From assembly GCA_951406725.2 (NCBI GenBank), contig OX597823.1:75516001-75580000 (forward strand): a DNA stretch of 64,000 nucleotides. The letters are read 5' to 3'. Positions 26,720 through 39,900 of the stretch are shown piece after piece. Within the stretch, counting starts at the first letter, position 1, and every line of letters starts with the position of its first letter. The notes beneath the pieces were generated by a model. It was not told the DNA's origin, did no database searches, and was given only the letters and a program-made list of their open reading frames with translations. The position numbers and the translations under genes were made by a program. The DNA comes from Octopus vulgaris (Eukaryota).

Positions 26720-27270
26720 TAAATGCTCTGATGCAGTACCAGACAGTGGCTCTCATGGCTTTTGATCTTAACTGATTGGAAGTGTTATCATGTACATTGT
26801 TTTGTCTTTGTATAAAAGATGGGCTACAGCAAATATTCTGCTCAGTACCACAGATTTGCTTGTCAGTTGTTTGCTTGTCAGTTGAGCATGTCCCTTAGTG
26901 GGTGATAATATGTGCATCTCTGACCACGAGCAGAAGTAGTGGGGGAGCATCATAGCCGTGTGTTGAAAGGAATTCTTGGAGGTTTGGATAATTCACTTTG
27001 GAAACATGGTGGTGGGGGGTTCGTTCAACACCCTTAAACAATCCTTATTCAGGATTGATGGGTCACTCGACCAGAAGAAAATTTTAACTGGGTCCCACCT
27101 CCTAGGTCATGCGCTGTTTATCTTGATATGAGATCACCATGTTGCGCACATATAGTTGTGATGCATGTGCCTGGTGTACCCTTATCAGACAGGTAGTCAT
27201 GGTGTGTATACTGGGCTTCGTATATTTTACCCTAGTGTCACTTTGATGGCATGCACTGATCACTCACTCA
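26720..27270 (+). mobile_element. Element D: ~550 bp non-coding interspersed repeat embedded in (AAT)n
   Basis: Colinear with 48672-49233 from the same start (AAATGCYCTGATGCAGTACC) to the same end. Flanked by (AAT)n and (AAC)n. Confidence 0.85.
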
Positions 27271-27309
27271 ACAACAACAACAACAACAAATATAATAGTA
27301 ATAATAATC

Positions 27310-27960
27310 CCAGGTGGGAAAACTTGAGTTAGAACAATTCAAGAGAAATTGCTGTAAACACTGAACGTTTCAAGGAGAATAATTGCAGAAAAAATGTATT
27401 TGTTCATGAACCATAGTAACATTTTACCGGAAAGTTAAACAGTGTATAAGCGTGAACGTAGACGTACGAAAGATCAACTGTTGATTGCTAAGAAATTCCC
27501 GAAGTATTGTAAAACACTCAAAACCAACTTATGGATGCTACGGATTGATTACCGTAAAGCGTATGCTACGGTTACTTCTATGCGGATTCTGTATCGCTTG
27601 AAAATATTTCGTGTAGCAGAACATATCGTGAATACAGAGACCCGAAGTATGAAAGGATGGATCAGTGAAGTTATATCGGGTAAGCTAAGTTTAGGCTTTG
27701 CCAACTTACACGGAATCTTCCAAGGAATAATGTTTACAACATAGCTTGTTGTATTGTGTATAATGATGCTGATTTTGATTTTATGAAAAACGAAAACCAA
27801 ATGGAGCTAAATGAAAGGATATATACGGTTAATCATCTTTTTATGATCGGCAGGAAATTGTATATGAAAGATGAAAATCAGCTGAATTCGCTGACAATAC
27901 AGGTTCTGTTCCACTCAAACAGGGTTGTTGACAGGTACATCTTAAGTAAAAGAAAAATGT
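27310..27960 (+). mobile_element. Old R4/Dong-type RT fragment
   Basis: TKDQLLI, RIDYRKAY, GIFQG, VNHLFM motifs, decayed. Confidence 0.8.
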
Positions 27961-28199
27961 TTGTGGATTGATAAAATGTGAATTGATAAAATGTATTCGC
28001 TCAAAGGGAAACAATGTTGCTTAACTAATCTTCCATTAACAATTTAGGCTTGGCTTCAACTGATTGACATATTTCAGTAACAGAAACCTGTTACTTTACA
28101 CCAACAAGAGTTTTATTGATTAAAGAAACTTCCACTTCTTTACAAGCCTGAAGATTGAAAAGAAAAGTCTGGGTGGAAAGTCGCCTCAGCAGCGAATGC

Positions 28200-28430
28200 T
28201 CAACCTAGGATTGGTTTTTATAAAAGCCCAGTAGTCGCCCATGCATACAAACCTCCCCTCTCCACGCAACCGATGTTATCCAAAGAATTGTCAATGGCCG
28301 ATACAGTTTTACGCTAGTGACGTCGCAACTCATTTCTACAGCTGAGTGAACTGGAGCAACGTGAAATAAAGTGTCTCGCTCAAGAACACAATACGCAGCC
28401 CGATCCGGAAATCGAACTCACAAGTTTACG
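28200..28430 (-). mobile_element. tRNA-derived SINE family E
   Basis: Minus strand B-box GAGTTCGATTTCC, then GTGTTCTTGAGCGAGACACTTTATTTCACGTTGCTCCAGTTCACTCAGCTG. Related decayed copy at 53965-54125. Confidence 0.75.
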
Positions 28431-28456
28431 ATAAAATGATTTACAAGGTGTACAAG

Positions 28457-28800
28457 TCAAAAGAAAAAGTAATCATTTAAATCTATCGGTGACATGCTGT
28501 GAATATATAACATTGTTTCCTTTATTTCTTTAAGGATGTTGATCCACAGTGTGTGACAAATGCGGACACTGATAAGTGAGTGATGGGATAATCTCTTGCG
28601 TAAAAGTGCGAGGCGACAGGGTCGTCGGACATGCTTAGTAGTTCTCATGGAATATGCTCCCTAAAATGATGGGCATGCAGAAGAACTGTGTCCTCAAGTT
28701 AAAAAGGGCTTTCCAATGCTTGCACATCATGAAATGTATATGGTCAGGCGATTGTCAACTGAAGTTTTGAGTAATATGATGTTGTGACTGAAGCACTGCG
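28457..28800 (-). mobile_element. Decayed Penelope-like GIY-YIG endonuclease C-terminus
   Basis: DDPVASHF...THLSVSAF...K*RKQ / HSMSPIDLN resembles PLE endonuclease motifs PVxxHF and PxGLN. Confidence 0.55.
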
Positions 28801-28879
28801 ACTACTGTTGCAATCTTAAATGCAGGGAAATCTAGACAAGATGGGGACCACCTTTCTACTGTTCACGCGACCATCTTTC

Positions 28880-29200
28880 TACCGTCATTACGCATATCTA
28901 GAGCCCATACTTCATTCACTTTCAACTTTCAGCCGTCTCTCCTTCCATTGATAGATAAACTCATCCGAAACTCACGTATCCTACTTACTGATCTCCACAA
29001 CTGTCCATCTCTTTCTCACGCCACATATCCACGTCTTTAAAAAGTCAACAATCTCGGAAATATCTTTATCAGAATCCCCACAGCACCCAGCCGCACACAG
29101 CCTGACAGTTTTGTGATCACCGATGATACAACACCTGCCCCTACATTAACATTATTACAATCTGAATCTGAAATCACACACAACGCAATCACACGAATGC
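28880..29200 (+). mobile_element. Decayed Penelope-like RT-endonuclease linker
   Basis: KVNNLGNIFIR...QPDSF / CDHR*YNTCPYI resembles the NLxDxLVR...CxxxRCxTC zinc-finger linker. Confidence 0.5.
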
Positions 29201-30439
29201 ACTGGTCTATTTCTGTTGTACTTTGAAATTAATTAATATTTTGACTTTATTAAATAAACCCTATACAGTTCTATGTAACTTTATCGCCATTTACCCTTTA
29301 TTACAAATGAATCATATTTCTTAATATACTAAGCCTCCTTCTTATTCTAGTAATGAACATATAAATGTTATAAATTTACGTAAATGAGTTGTGCCTTCCG
29401 TAGCAAGTCTATTTATTCTGATTTTTGGTTATGAAACCGTGCTTCAGGTCGAAGCCCTAGACACTAATGACATGAAACGAATGACAACCTTCTTGTCGGA
29501 GATATTCATGTTGATTATTGGATGGAAAATATAATTTTGCAATTGAAATTGGCCGCCCTTCGGAGCGCGAAGAAAGATCATAGAAATTAGTGCTAGACGT
29601 AATGTTGGCGGAGGGGAGATGAATGAATGCTAATTAGTCATAAAAACTCTCATACAGAAATGTAATAACAATAGCTTTGATATTACCGCACAGCTTTGTT
29701 CCTTAGCTAGGCGAATAAATGGTCATAATTAAATTTGTAATAATAGCTCACGTTATACATGTATAAGTTATTAATTTCAGTATCTCCGTAAAGATATTTC
29801 TTTTCATTTAAGCTTCCGTCATCAAAAGCAACTATTACTATTGCTAAAATTATCAGTTGTAAATTCCCTCTAAATTCGTTAGCTGCCAACATGCATGCAG
29901 TAACCAGCAGTCGTTTTATTAACTGAAGCCTTAATTTAAAGCCTCCAATAATTCAATGAGAGTTTCATATGCATTTCATTTTAAATTCATTCTTAGCCCC
30001 TATTTCTCATACTCATTGCATTGGCATACGGACAGAAACGCTTTCTCAGCATGCGTTCAGTGTTTAAGATGATATCAGTGAAGTAGAGTAACAACTAAAT
30101 TAATAGACGAAAATTCTGCAATTATGAACAGCCATATATCACTTATATCACGCCCTGCCGTTAATAAAATAGAAGAGGCTCGTTGCAAACTGGTGGCATT
30201 TATATTCAAGCTGACACATAAATCGTCAACAACTACAGTGATTCTTAAAGTACAATTAAAATAAATTTTGCCTTAAAACCACAGCACTGAAGCCATTATC
30301 ATTTGCATATCACAGAGAATTTGTCCACTTATTGTCCAATGAATAGAGAATGTTTTTTTTTTTTTTTGAGGTCACCTATTTCAAGAGATAGAACCCTTTT
30401 CTAAATTATTATTTTTTTACATCACTTTTCAGATATCAG

Positions 30440-30580
30440 GTTGACTCAGAAACTGAAAACCACGATGTAATCGTTCCCTTAAATGTGCAGCATCGTGATA
30501 CACAGATAGCTCGCTTCTTGAAAGTTCGATCTTTCGTTGTCAAAGTCTGAAACGCTGGAAGCTGCTATCAGCATTCGAGA
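30440..30580 (+). mobile_element. Tc1/mariner (maT-like) transposase N-terminal relic
   Basis: LTQ..K / HDVIVPLNVQHRDTQIARFLKVRSFVVKV, a helix-turn-helix-like peptide. Confidence 0.45.
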
Positions 30581-30859
30581 GCGAGAGAGGTCAATCAACA
30601 TTCCCATAAAGCCATAAAAATTTCTCAAGTTCGTCACAATTAGCATCAAGTCTAGCATTGATAAAGATAATCTAATTCGAATACGCCAACGCTTGTGACA
30701 CAATATGTGGTTGATGCTAACGATGGATTCATTGACTAGGTGTCATAAATTTTTTCTCAAATTTCTTCGTACCAATTTGTTTTCAAAAACAGCTTTTTTT
30801 CTGGTTACCTATACATAGTTGTCTTAATTTATAGACATGACTTCAAAAATATTGAGATA

Positions 30860-31170
30860 CCCCGAATATAACGCATCAGACTGATGTTTTAAACATTGAC
30901 TTTTCTTTAGCTACACATGGTAGCAAAATGTTTCAAACAAGCTTCACAGGAACAACTAAAACTGCACAAAAAATATGCAACTACACTTTCATCTATATCA
31001 AAATATCGAATATATTTTACTAAAATGGTAATACAAACACAATTACAATTAATATATGAATATGAAGAGCATTGGCAACAGAAAGATAAAAACAAATCTT
31101 CCTCCATGGTGTGATAAAGTGGAAGCTGAAAACGGCGGACTCTGGAAGATGGCGCAACGATATAACAGAG
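30860..31170 (+). mobile_element. Possible very old RTE-clade LINE C-terminal relic
   Basis: Frameshifted THGSK...QEQLK-AQK...EH..QKDKN...GRWRNDI follows the order of RTE motifs LTYGSE, GH..R and RWxDDI. Weak. Confidence 0.35.
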
Positions 31171-31665
31171 GATAGCAACAAAATATGAACATTTATACGA
31201 ATAAATCAATGTGTAATGTATTGGAACTGAGTATATAGCACAAACTGCTATCGCAAATCTATGCATGATATGCTTGGAATACATTTCTATATATCAATAA
31301 TATACTATAAAACCACGCTAGATATATCACCTATATGCAAAGACATCAATATATATTAAAGATAAAATTCAACTCAATATACCAGTAATATAAATCTACA
31401 TATCTGTTTATGAACTAAGTATCAAATGAAAGTAGTCCTCCATCAGAACACTGTAGACTCATCTCGTATTTTATATGAAGTATTTTCTTTTATCTTTCTG
31501 TATACAGACAGTATTCTACTGTATTGTTGTGTATTAACTACGTAGAATCGCATCGCATTAATATCAATTACAGGCTACCACGTAACTCTGTACAAACATG
31601 TAATACTACATCTCTGTATATCAAGAATATACCCACACATCACTGTTTCTCTCTCTCTCTATATA

Positions 31666-31759
31666 TATATACCAGGTAAGATCTGAATTACGTTCATTGA
31701 CTATATATATATATATATATATAGTCGATGGACGTAATTCAGATCTTACCTGGTATATA
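31666..31759. repeat. 94 bp palindrome centred on (TA)n
   Basis: TACCAGGTAAGATCTGAATTACGTTCATTGAC-(TA)n-GTCGATGGACGTAATTCAGATCTTACCTGGTA, 2 mismatches. Confidence 0.95.
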
Positions 31760-32020
31760 CCTGGGTCGGTTTGTCACTTAGATATTTTATTTATTTCTGC
31801 AAATATCTAGCAAATGTAAATAAAGATGGACTTGTATTTGATTGAAAAAAATATCGTTCTGCTAAACGCAAAAGTTTACAATAACTCAACATGTACGTAG
31901 TGGGTCACCAGTAGATTCAGATATTTACGACCTTAAGCAATGCAAGACGTTTATGTCAACACATGTTTATACAGTAATGGATCTGTCTGTCTATCTGTCT
32001 ATCTGTCTATCAATCTATCT

Positions 32021-32531
32021 TTTAAAAAAGATGGGTGAATGTAGCAAGGATGGCACGTATGAATGACGAAGCCACCTTGAGCATAATCCTATGAACCCAG
32101 AGATTGAAAACAGAGGGTTACCCACTTGCAAACAAATGTGGTAACATATAACAATATTGACCAAGGTTACCGTGGTCCTTTTCGTAGGCTTTTCTTCCCA
32201 CGGATAAACCTTACTTGCTTTCCCCTTTACACCATATATCATAACACTGTGATACACGATCCCTATTGATCGTTTTTTTTTTCCTCTTCCCCTTTTTTTC
32301 CCTTTTTTTCTTCTTTTTTTCATTTCTCTTTTCTTTTGTTTCTTTTCCTTTTCTTTTTTTATTTTTATTTTTGTTCTTTTCTTCCCTTTTACGATCATTC
32401 TTGATCGAAAACCTACGCCACCCCCTTTTTTTTGTTTCTTTTGTTTTTTTGTTTTTTTCATCCCCCAAAAGAAAAGCTCTACCTTGTAACTTGTCCCATC
32501 TGTGTGCAGCCCTGTGTGGCCAATAAAGAAA
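32021..32531 (+). mobile_element. Tx1/L1-type LINE 3' end inserted in (TATC)n
   Basis: ORF end KRWVNVARMARMNDEATLSIIL*, T-rich 3' UTR, terminal AATAAAGAAA, and (TCTA/TCTG)n on both sides. Clade call is from recollection of the peptide. Confidence 0.6.
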
Positions 32532-32845
32532 CTTATCTATCTATCTCTCAGTCTGTATGTCTATCTACAATGTGTGTATATATATATATATTCAATGTAT
32601 ATATATATGTTTGCTGTTTTTAGTAGTAAAACAGAAAGTGTATGAAACAGAATGCAGGTTCCCAAACTGATGCAAGCATTTTTGAAAATGTTTTTAAAGA
32701 CTAAGAATTTGATGTATATATCTGCACATCATATGAGACATACTAAGAAAATGATAGTAATTATAAGTTATAACATACTGGAGTAACAAGAAACATGCTG
32801 TATGAGCATTTTTACGACAAAATAAAAGTAATCATGTGCATAATA

Positions 32846-33605
32846 TTAAATCATCCCATAAATAACGCAGGTTTTTTTTATAATTCTTTTTTTTTTCCAA
32901 ATTCAAATAAACAAAATTCTTTACTTATCTAAAATATATTCCCCTTGTCTACAGAATTCGTATTATTTTACGTCAAAATGATTTTGAAGACTGTAGAAGA
33001 AATGATAATCAGATGAGGCAATGTTCAGCGAATATAATGGGTGGGGCATAATTTCCCATTCAAACTGCTTAGAGCCTTTGGAATGCTATCCTCACAGTAT
33101 GTGGCTGAGCATTATCCTGATGGAAGAACACATTTCATCTTGAAACCAAAGTTGGTCATTTTTCTTTCAGTGCTGATGTCGACAAATTGTTGAATAACCA
33201 ACTCCAAGATTTTCTGCTAGTTCCTCAACAGTTACGATGGTATATTTTCCACGGGGTTTGCAGGACGTCCTTATCGAACTCTACAGATCTTCCGGGACGC
33301 TTACGCTTAATGCCAGGTTCCCATATACTGCATTAATATTCTTCAAACTTTCCGTTGTGTTGTTGCCATTATTGAACTCAGAAAGCAAATTGTCCCGAAT
33401 AAGATCATTTGTCTATTCCATTATAACTTTGAAAATATAACTGTTAAAATCGAACTGCAATCTTTAAAACTTGTACGAAGATTATGCATAAGGTAAAATT
33501 ACTGCATGCTTTTATAGCAAGTTAGCGAAGGTAGTTTATCCCGTCCCCCGACGACTTCTAATTAAAGCAATTAAAAAAAACTGCATTATTTATGAGACGA
33601 CCCAA
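32846..33605 (-). mobile_element. Internally deleted mariner, same family as 10512-11557
   Basis: Termini TA|TTAAATCATCCCATAAATAACGCAG and CTGCATTATTTATGAGACGACCCAA|TA. Minus strand FFHQDNAQPH and HPLYSLNIASSDYH. Confidence 0.9.
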
Positions 33606-33639
33606 TATTTGCATAAGCGATGACAGATTTTTTGTAACC

Positions 33640-33745
33640 TTTCTAATGATAGGCGCAAGGCCTGAAATTATGGTGGAGGTGTTAGTCCATTACATCGAGC
33701 GCAGTGTGTTAACTCGTATTTATTTCGTACACCCCGAAAAGATGA
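33640..33745 (-). mobile_element. SINE family B-related 3' relic
   Basis: ATTACATCGAGCGCAGTG...TATTTATTTCGTACACCCCGAAAAGATG. Confidence 0.5.
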
Positions 33746-34235
33746 GAGATAATTCATATCAAAATTATATTCCACAATTTTGTAAGCTATGCATGCAACT
33801 CCCATTTCGACTGAGCCTTAAGAAATTGTTTACTGAATTTAATTTCCTATAGATATTCTTGGGATTAGCATTAATAGAAGCATTTCAATATCTTTGTTCC
33901 GAAATTCTGTTCCAGACAAGCAAACATTTGTTTTTAATACATTTTCTGTCGCTCTCCTCTCCCATATTCAATGTTTCCTTCATCAGTTGTGATATCTCAT
34001 CTTTGCTTTTAAATTTAACTTGCTTGTAAATTAATCGGCTGCATCTTCAATTTGTTCAAGCTGATCTAATGCAACATTTCTAATTTGTAGCTATTTAAAA
34101 TTATACTGTTAGAACACTTAATGAGACTTTTAATCAGTGATACGGACTGATTTGATTTGGGAAATATTAAGTGCTATAAGAGTTTTACTTTTCTTTTCCT
34201 TTTTTAATTATTTCAATATTAAAGACTGAAAATAA

Positions 34236-34435
34236 GGCGGCGTGCTGGCAGAATATTTACATCACCGGAAAAAATGGTTAACAGAATATTTTGTTATTTA
34301 TTTCACGTCCAGATGATTCAGGGTCAACTTTGCCTTTCATCCTTTCCAAGTTGATAAAAAAATACTAGTTGAGTACACGGGTCGATGTAATAGACTTACT
34401 CATCTCCTGATACTGCAAGTCAAAATTTGCACCTA
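34236..34435 (+). mobile_element. SINE family B, decayed
   Basis: GGCGGCGTGCTGGCAGAA...GTCAACTTTGCCTTTCATCCTTTCC...GGGTCGATGTAAT. Confidence 0.75.
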
Positions 34436-34759
34436 ATATTATGACCAAAAATCGCTGATAATTTCTAGTGCTCACTCTAGCTACCTGTTTTGTTATTTTT
34501 TTAAAATTTTAAGTGGATTTGGAGAGATTTTTCTTAAAATTTATAATATATTTAGAACTGTATATTTTAATATTACTAAGAAAAATATTAAGTTTGATAT
34601 TAAAAGACTTTATGACTTACAACATACCGTGAAGTGCTTCTCATATGTCTGGGAAATGGGTTCAAAACAATTTATATCTTTAGAAGCATTCATCTAAAGT
34701 TCATTGAAAATTTCCAAATTATTCTCAAGAACGTAAGACAGACAAATTTTTTTGTCTTT

Positions 34760-34985
34760 TATCTTTTAACTTTTAATTGGTTCAGTCATATGGCGCAATA
34801 TCTTGGAGAACTTATGTCGGATCAATCGACACCAGTACATAATTTTTGTTGAGCCTGATACATATTCTATCGGACTTTTGTGCAGAACCCTTAAGTTACG
34901 GTAATATATGCGCACCAACACCGGATGTCAAGCGGTGTTGGTGGGACAAACACAGACACATGCACAAACACAAAGACACACCCAC
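34760..34985 (-). mobile_element. SINE family A, 3' half, decayed
   Basis: ATTCTATCGG..TTTTG..GAACC.TTAAGTTACGG...TGTCAAGCG.TGTTGG.GGGACAAACACAGACAC. Confidence 0.75.
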
Positions 34986-36659
34986 GCGCGCACACATACA
35001 TATTTATATGTATATAAAAATTGATATAATTACCCATGCGCTATGTGTTATCATAAAGGAAAAATATTATTGTCACTAAACGTGACTAAGATTGTCAAGA
35101 CACACACATTGCTAGAAATAAGAGCTAAAATGATTTATTGTTACACGAAAAGCACATAAATGTATACATATATGTACAAAGGGGACTGCAATCATCCACA
35201 ATACCGACTCGAGAATTCCTTACTTTCGACGTTCAGTTTGGCTATTTCAGTAGCTTCATCAGTAAGGACCGCTCGTTCGAGAGATTGTGAGCCAATCCTT
35301 TGTCAACATATATGTATTTACCATTTATAATTATAGATGATTTAGCGGATCGTTAATGGGTATAGGAAAGTTAATATAAACAGCCTTGCACCAAGTGATA
35401 CCATAAAGGAGAGAGCGTTTTAGCACTTATTTCTAGCAATGTATGTCTTTAGACCCTTAGTCGCATTCATTGACAATTATATTTTTCCTTTATTCTATCA
35501 TATTGCGCACGGCTGTTTATTTTAAATTTTGTATGAGCGATCCGCAAATCACCCATGTGTGTGTGTGTGTGTCTCTGTGCGTATGTGTATATCCGAGATA
35601 GTATGATTGTGAACAGAAGATGATAGTAATCAATGAGATTCCAATCTAGTCTGATTTTCACATATTATTATTTACAATTTTTACAATATTACAATCTCCA
35701 AACATAATAATGAGCGTAAATTTTTCATATATTTGGAGAGGAAATAGTAATTCATTGAAGGAGAAATAGTGAGAGTACTAGCCATGTCTGAAAGGGAGTA
35801 AGGGAAGATAACACCAATGCGTTGTATATGTATAAATATTATAGCATTTAGTTCGTATCAGAGATTCATAAAACATCTATATAATACATCATATCTGAAA
35901 TGCTTGTTTTTCCATATATAGCGGCCAGGCTCAAGAAATGTTATATACAAAAGTCCAAAAACGCTGAGTGTAATAAGGCCATTATTAAAATAGGATTTCA
36001 AAATACACTACTTCGATGTTTGCAGAACACAATAAATGTTACTAGTTTTCTCTACTTGACTTAAATCAATAAATGATCGTTATGATATGCTTGTTTTCTT
36101 TTAAAAATTGTTTCCAAGTACTGCCTTTTGACTGTAGCACTTTCAACGGAAGCCTTTGTTCGGTTATTATCCCACTTAATGCATTCTTAGCTTTCCTGTT
36201 AATATATTGCTTCGTAGTATACGAGTTTCTTTTTACTCGTTGATTTAAAGAATTAGCGTTTATTGTTTTGACACAATTTATTAGAGGACATATTCCTTCA
36301 ACTAATTCAAACAAGTTTCTGAGAAATGAGGCATTATATTTAAATTAGTTGTCAAATTGGATTACGAATCATATTTTACATTATAATGTCGATTTCTATG
36401 TCTTAATTTGTGCCATTAGCCGGAATTTTAGTGGTGAGTCAAGTATACTGTTTACTGTTAAGAAGCAGCTTCGCATTGATTAGCAACATCGCTCAGAATA
36501 CGTTCTGAAGCACGATAAATGATAAATGAACCCCCCTGTACAATCATAGTCTCAAGAAATATGCTGAGACCACACAATAGTTTTATATATTTAATTTAAT
36601 AATATTTCCCACTTTAATGAAAGGAATAGAAATGCAAAACTCCATTATACAAACATACA

Positions 36660-36689
36660 TATATATATATATAAATATATATATATAAA

Positions 36690-36759
<70 letters not shown>
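36660..36759. repeat. (TA)n microsatellite
   Basis: Direct inspection. Confidence 0.97.
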
Positions 36760-36765
<6 letters not shown>

Positions 36766-36868
36766 GGGTGTTGGTGTTTGTGTGTATCTATTTCGCTAGT
36801 TCATCGATCGGCTACTGTTCAATATTATCTACAACACTCGCGCTTCTAATTCATATCATATTTGAGCA

Positions 36869-36907
<39 letters not shown>

Positions 36908-39900
36908 GTGCGTGTGTGTGTTTGTGTGTGCGTGTTCACAAAAATTGCAGTACAATACACGATATACCTTAGGATGTTGGTTTACAGTATGTTGACGTTT
37001 TCCCTCGTCAATTGAGAAATACCAACAAGAAATGTAACCACATCAAACACATCTTGTGTCTGAGAAAATATTTCTATTTCATTTCTGTATTACATACGCT
37101 TTTCACAGAATATTTGCGGTTTTATATTAGCTAAACTTTAGCCATACATATTTCACAGTGCTACTTTGCATTCATCTATAGTTCATACTTTGTGTTTTCA
37201 ATTTTGCAAGACCTTTCATATCATCACTCAGTTTATAATAAAGATATATAACAAAGTTATATAAGAACACAAGTGACCACTCGTATACAAGTTCCAAAGC
37301 ATGACGAGCACAAACGGCAGGGTTGCAGGTTATTATGTGTTCGAATAAGTATAATATATTCAAACGTAGGAACAAATTCAAAGTGCATGCCACTTTCGTC
37401 ATGCTAACAGAGGCTTCTTCAGATGATAAGTTCTAAAAGATCATCAGGAATTATGGAACTACATATATCTTTCACAAAGACTGAAAATTTAGGACCGTAT
37501 CAAAAAATTACCGGACATGGTCACATCTGGAATAACACAATACCGTAAAAAAAACTAGGCTTAGATATACAACTTATTATCGCCGTGAGATGGCAGATAG
37601 TACTTGGTCATATGCAACACCTCCTCAAACAAAGCGATGTGAACCTTTTTGGGGTAAAGTCACATTAGAGGGCATACAAATTGGAGCAGGCACGTCTTGG
37701 TCTAGAAAATACTTGCGGAGGAGACCCAAAAAGAAAAGAGCCTAGAAACAATTACGTGACAGTGCTTGCAAGAATTTGGGAATGACTAACACCAAATGGA
37801 ATGCAGGAATACAAGCACCTATATACACATACACACTAATACACACACAGAAACACTCTCTCTCACACACACACACACACATCTAGACACACACACATAC
37901 ATACATTCAGATATCAGAATCTGAGTTATGCCAGAAAAATTATAGACTGTAGACATCATTATTTCATTGCTTGTATAATGATTATATTTTAAACATTCAT
38001 ATTTCAAAAAACCTAATTGGCTTGATGAACTAATTCACCCCGAAGTATTATCCAGATTTATATTAAAACGTAAATTGTTTTAATAGAACGTGTCATTATT
38101 CTTTTGTTACTCATATATACTTCAAAACATAGATAGCGAAATGAGATAAGATAATTAAAGACGCAATCATATCAAAGTCTTTGCTACATAATCATGTTCC
38201 TCCTCACCTTGATTATTTCCACATCTCCCTCTCGTTCTCACACAGGTTTTATGGCTTCGCATTCTTCGTCTACTGATTATTTCAACTAATATACTTTCAC
38301 TGTTTTATTTCATATCTCTCAGTTGCCCTCTCTTCATCTCAGCTGATGTTCCTTCCCCAGCCTTTACACTGGTGTTTTTTGTTTTTGTTTTTGTTTTCAC
38401 GTTCAGAATATATAATTATACGAATACCATGACCCATTATATATCGATAATGAGTGTGCGTATTAGAGAAAGACAGGGAAGGAAATAGCGAGAAGTTATT
38501 TAGATTTGATGTATTTAGGCATAAAGATTTCACATCGTAAATTATTTTCAATATGTATATACATACCCACGCACAAGTACATAGAAGCACATATACATAA
38601 ATACATAAATACATACATGCATACACACGAGCATACATACATACATACAGAATCTTCAGCCAGTGTGGGGAAAAGAAATGTCGAGAAAAACTTAAAATAG
38701 TTAGCACTAACCACTTTGACATATATGAAATATATAGCCATATAGCTCGTATACATGGACATTGTGCTAGTAACTATATATATACCGAGTATACTGAATC
38801 AGTTCAAATGCTGTATGTAATCACATTTTTTTCCATTTACTGGTGATATGCTACATCTTTCGTTCTTCTTTTTATCTTTCAAAGTATCGTTTCATATTAT
38901 ATTACGTTTTATATTGTTTTGAATTTTATATTAGTTACTGCTCCATTTCATTGCAAAACAAAACTAAGAAGACAACATTTTTCGCAACAGTGAAGTGGGC
39001 AGACAGTAGGATTCTTTGAAGTTTCTGGAAATGAAATTCCAACACATTCCCTTTCAGATTTTCTCTAACTTTCGAACGTGACCAGGAATTTCAACTACCT
39101 ATTTCCAAATATGTATTTACTCAGAATATGATACGGTTGTCGTGGTCGGAACACTGTGTTTATTGGCGTACTCCACGAGGTCTGGCATAGAGCCTCAAAA
39201 CTAACATTTGTATCAGTGCCAAAAAGAACTTCTTGTATATTCATAACACAAAATCGTATTTCACTTCTACTTCTAATAAATCATTCCCCAAATATCTGAA
39301 GTATTTGAAACCCATCAATCACAAAATGAGTGTAATCCTAGTACCACAGACACCAGGAAAACTTAGCATCATTTCTTACATTCCATGACCTACAAATATT
39401 CCTATGTTTAAGCACTTAAAAGACTTGAAACAAATCGCAGTTAATTCCCTCCAAGTTCATGCTCTTCCTAATTTGAAAGATTATTCGAATAAATACGGCA
39501 ATTCATTAGTTGTTAGTATGAAACATATATTGTGGACTTGAATGTAACGCCGCGGATGATAGCCAATTAAAATTATCTACCTTGGATAAAGGAACAACAA
39601 CATTAATAACTCGATACCTTGACTGCAATATATTCTTACTACTTATTGTGTAGAATTCAAAATCTCATAAAACTATATCAAGTAGATAACTAAAATAAGA
39701 ATGTGAATACACATGTTTAATGTAGAGCAATGTGATTGTGATAAGTACAATGTACAAAATCAGCTATATTTGGGACAAGAATTTCAACTTCAGAGAGTTG
39801 TAAGAAATTTCAATTAATTTTTTCTAAGACATCAAAAAATGTGGGGCGGATATGTTTAAGAAATATTTCATGCACATATACCAAGTTATTTCCAGTTTAA

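Noticed and set aside
32015-32526. Lys-rich and Phe-rich ORFs
   Set aside because: Products of the T-rich 3' UTR of the LINE end.
36066-36320. 82 aa minus-strand ORF with an upstream acceptor-like site and RVKR
   Set aside because: No recognisable domain or linked exons; the length is compatible with chance.
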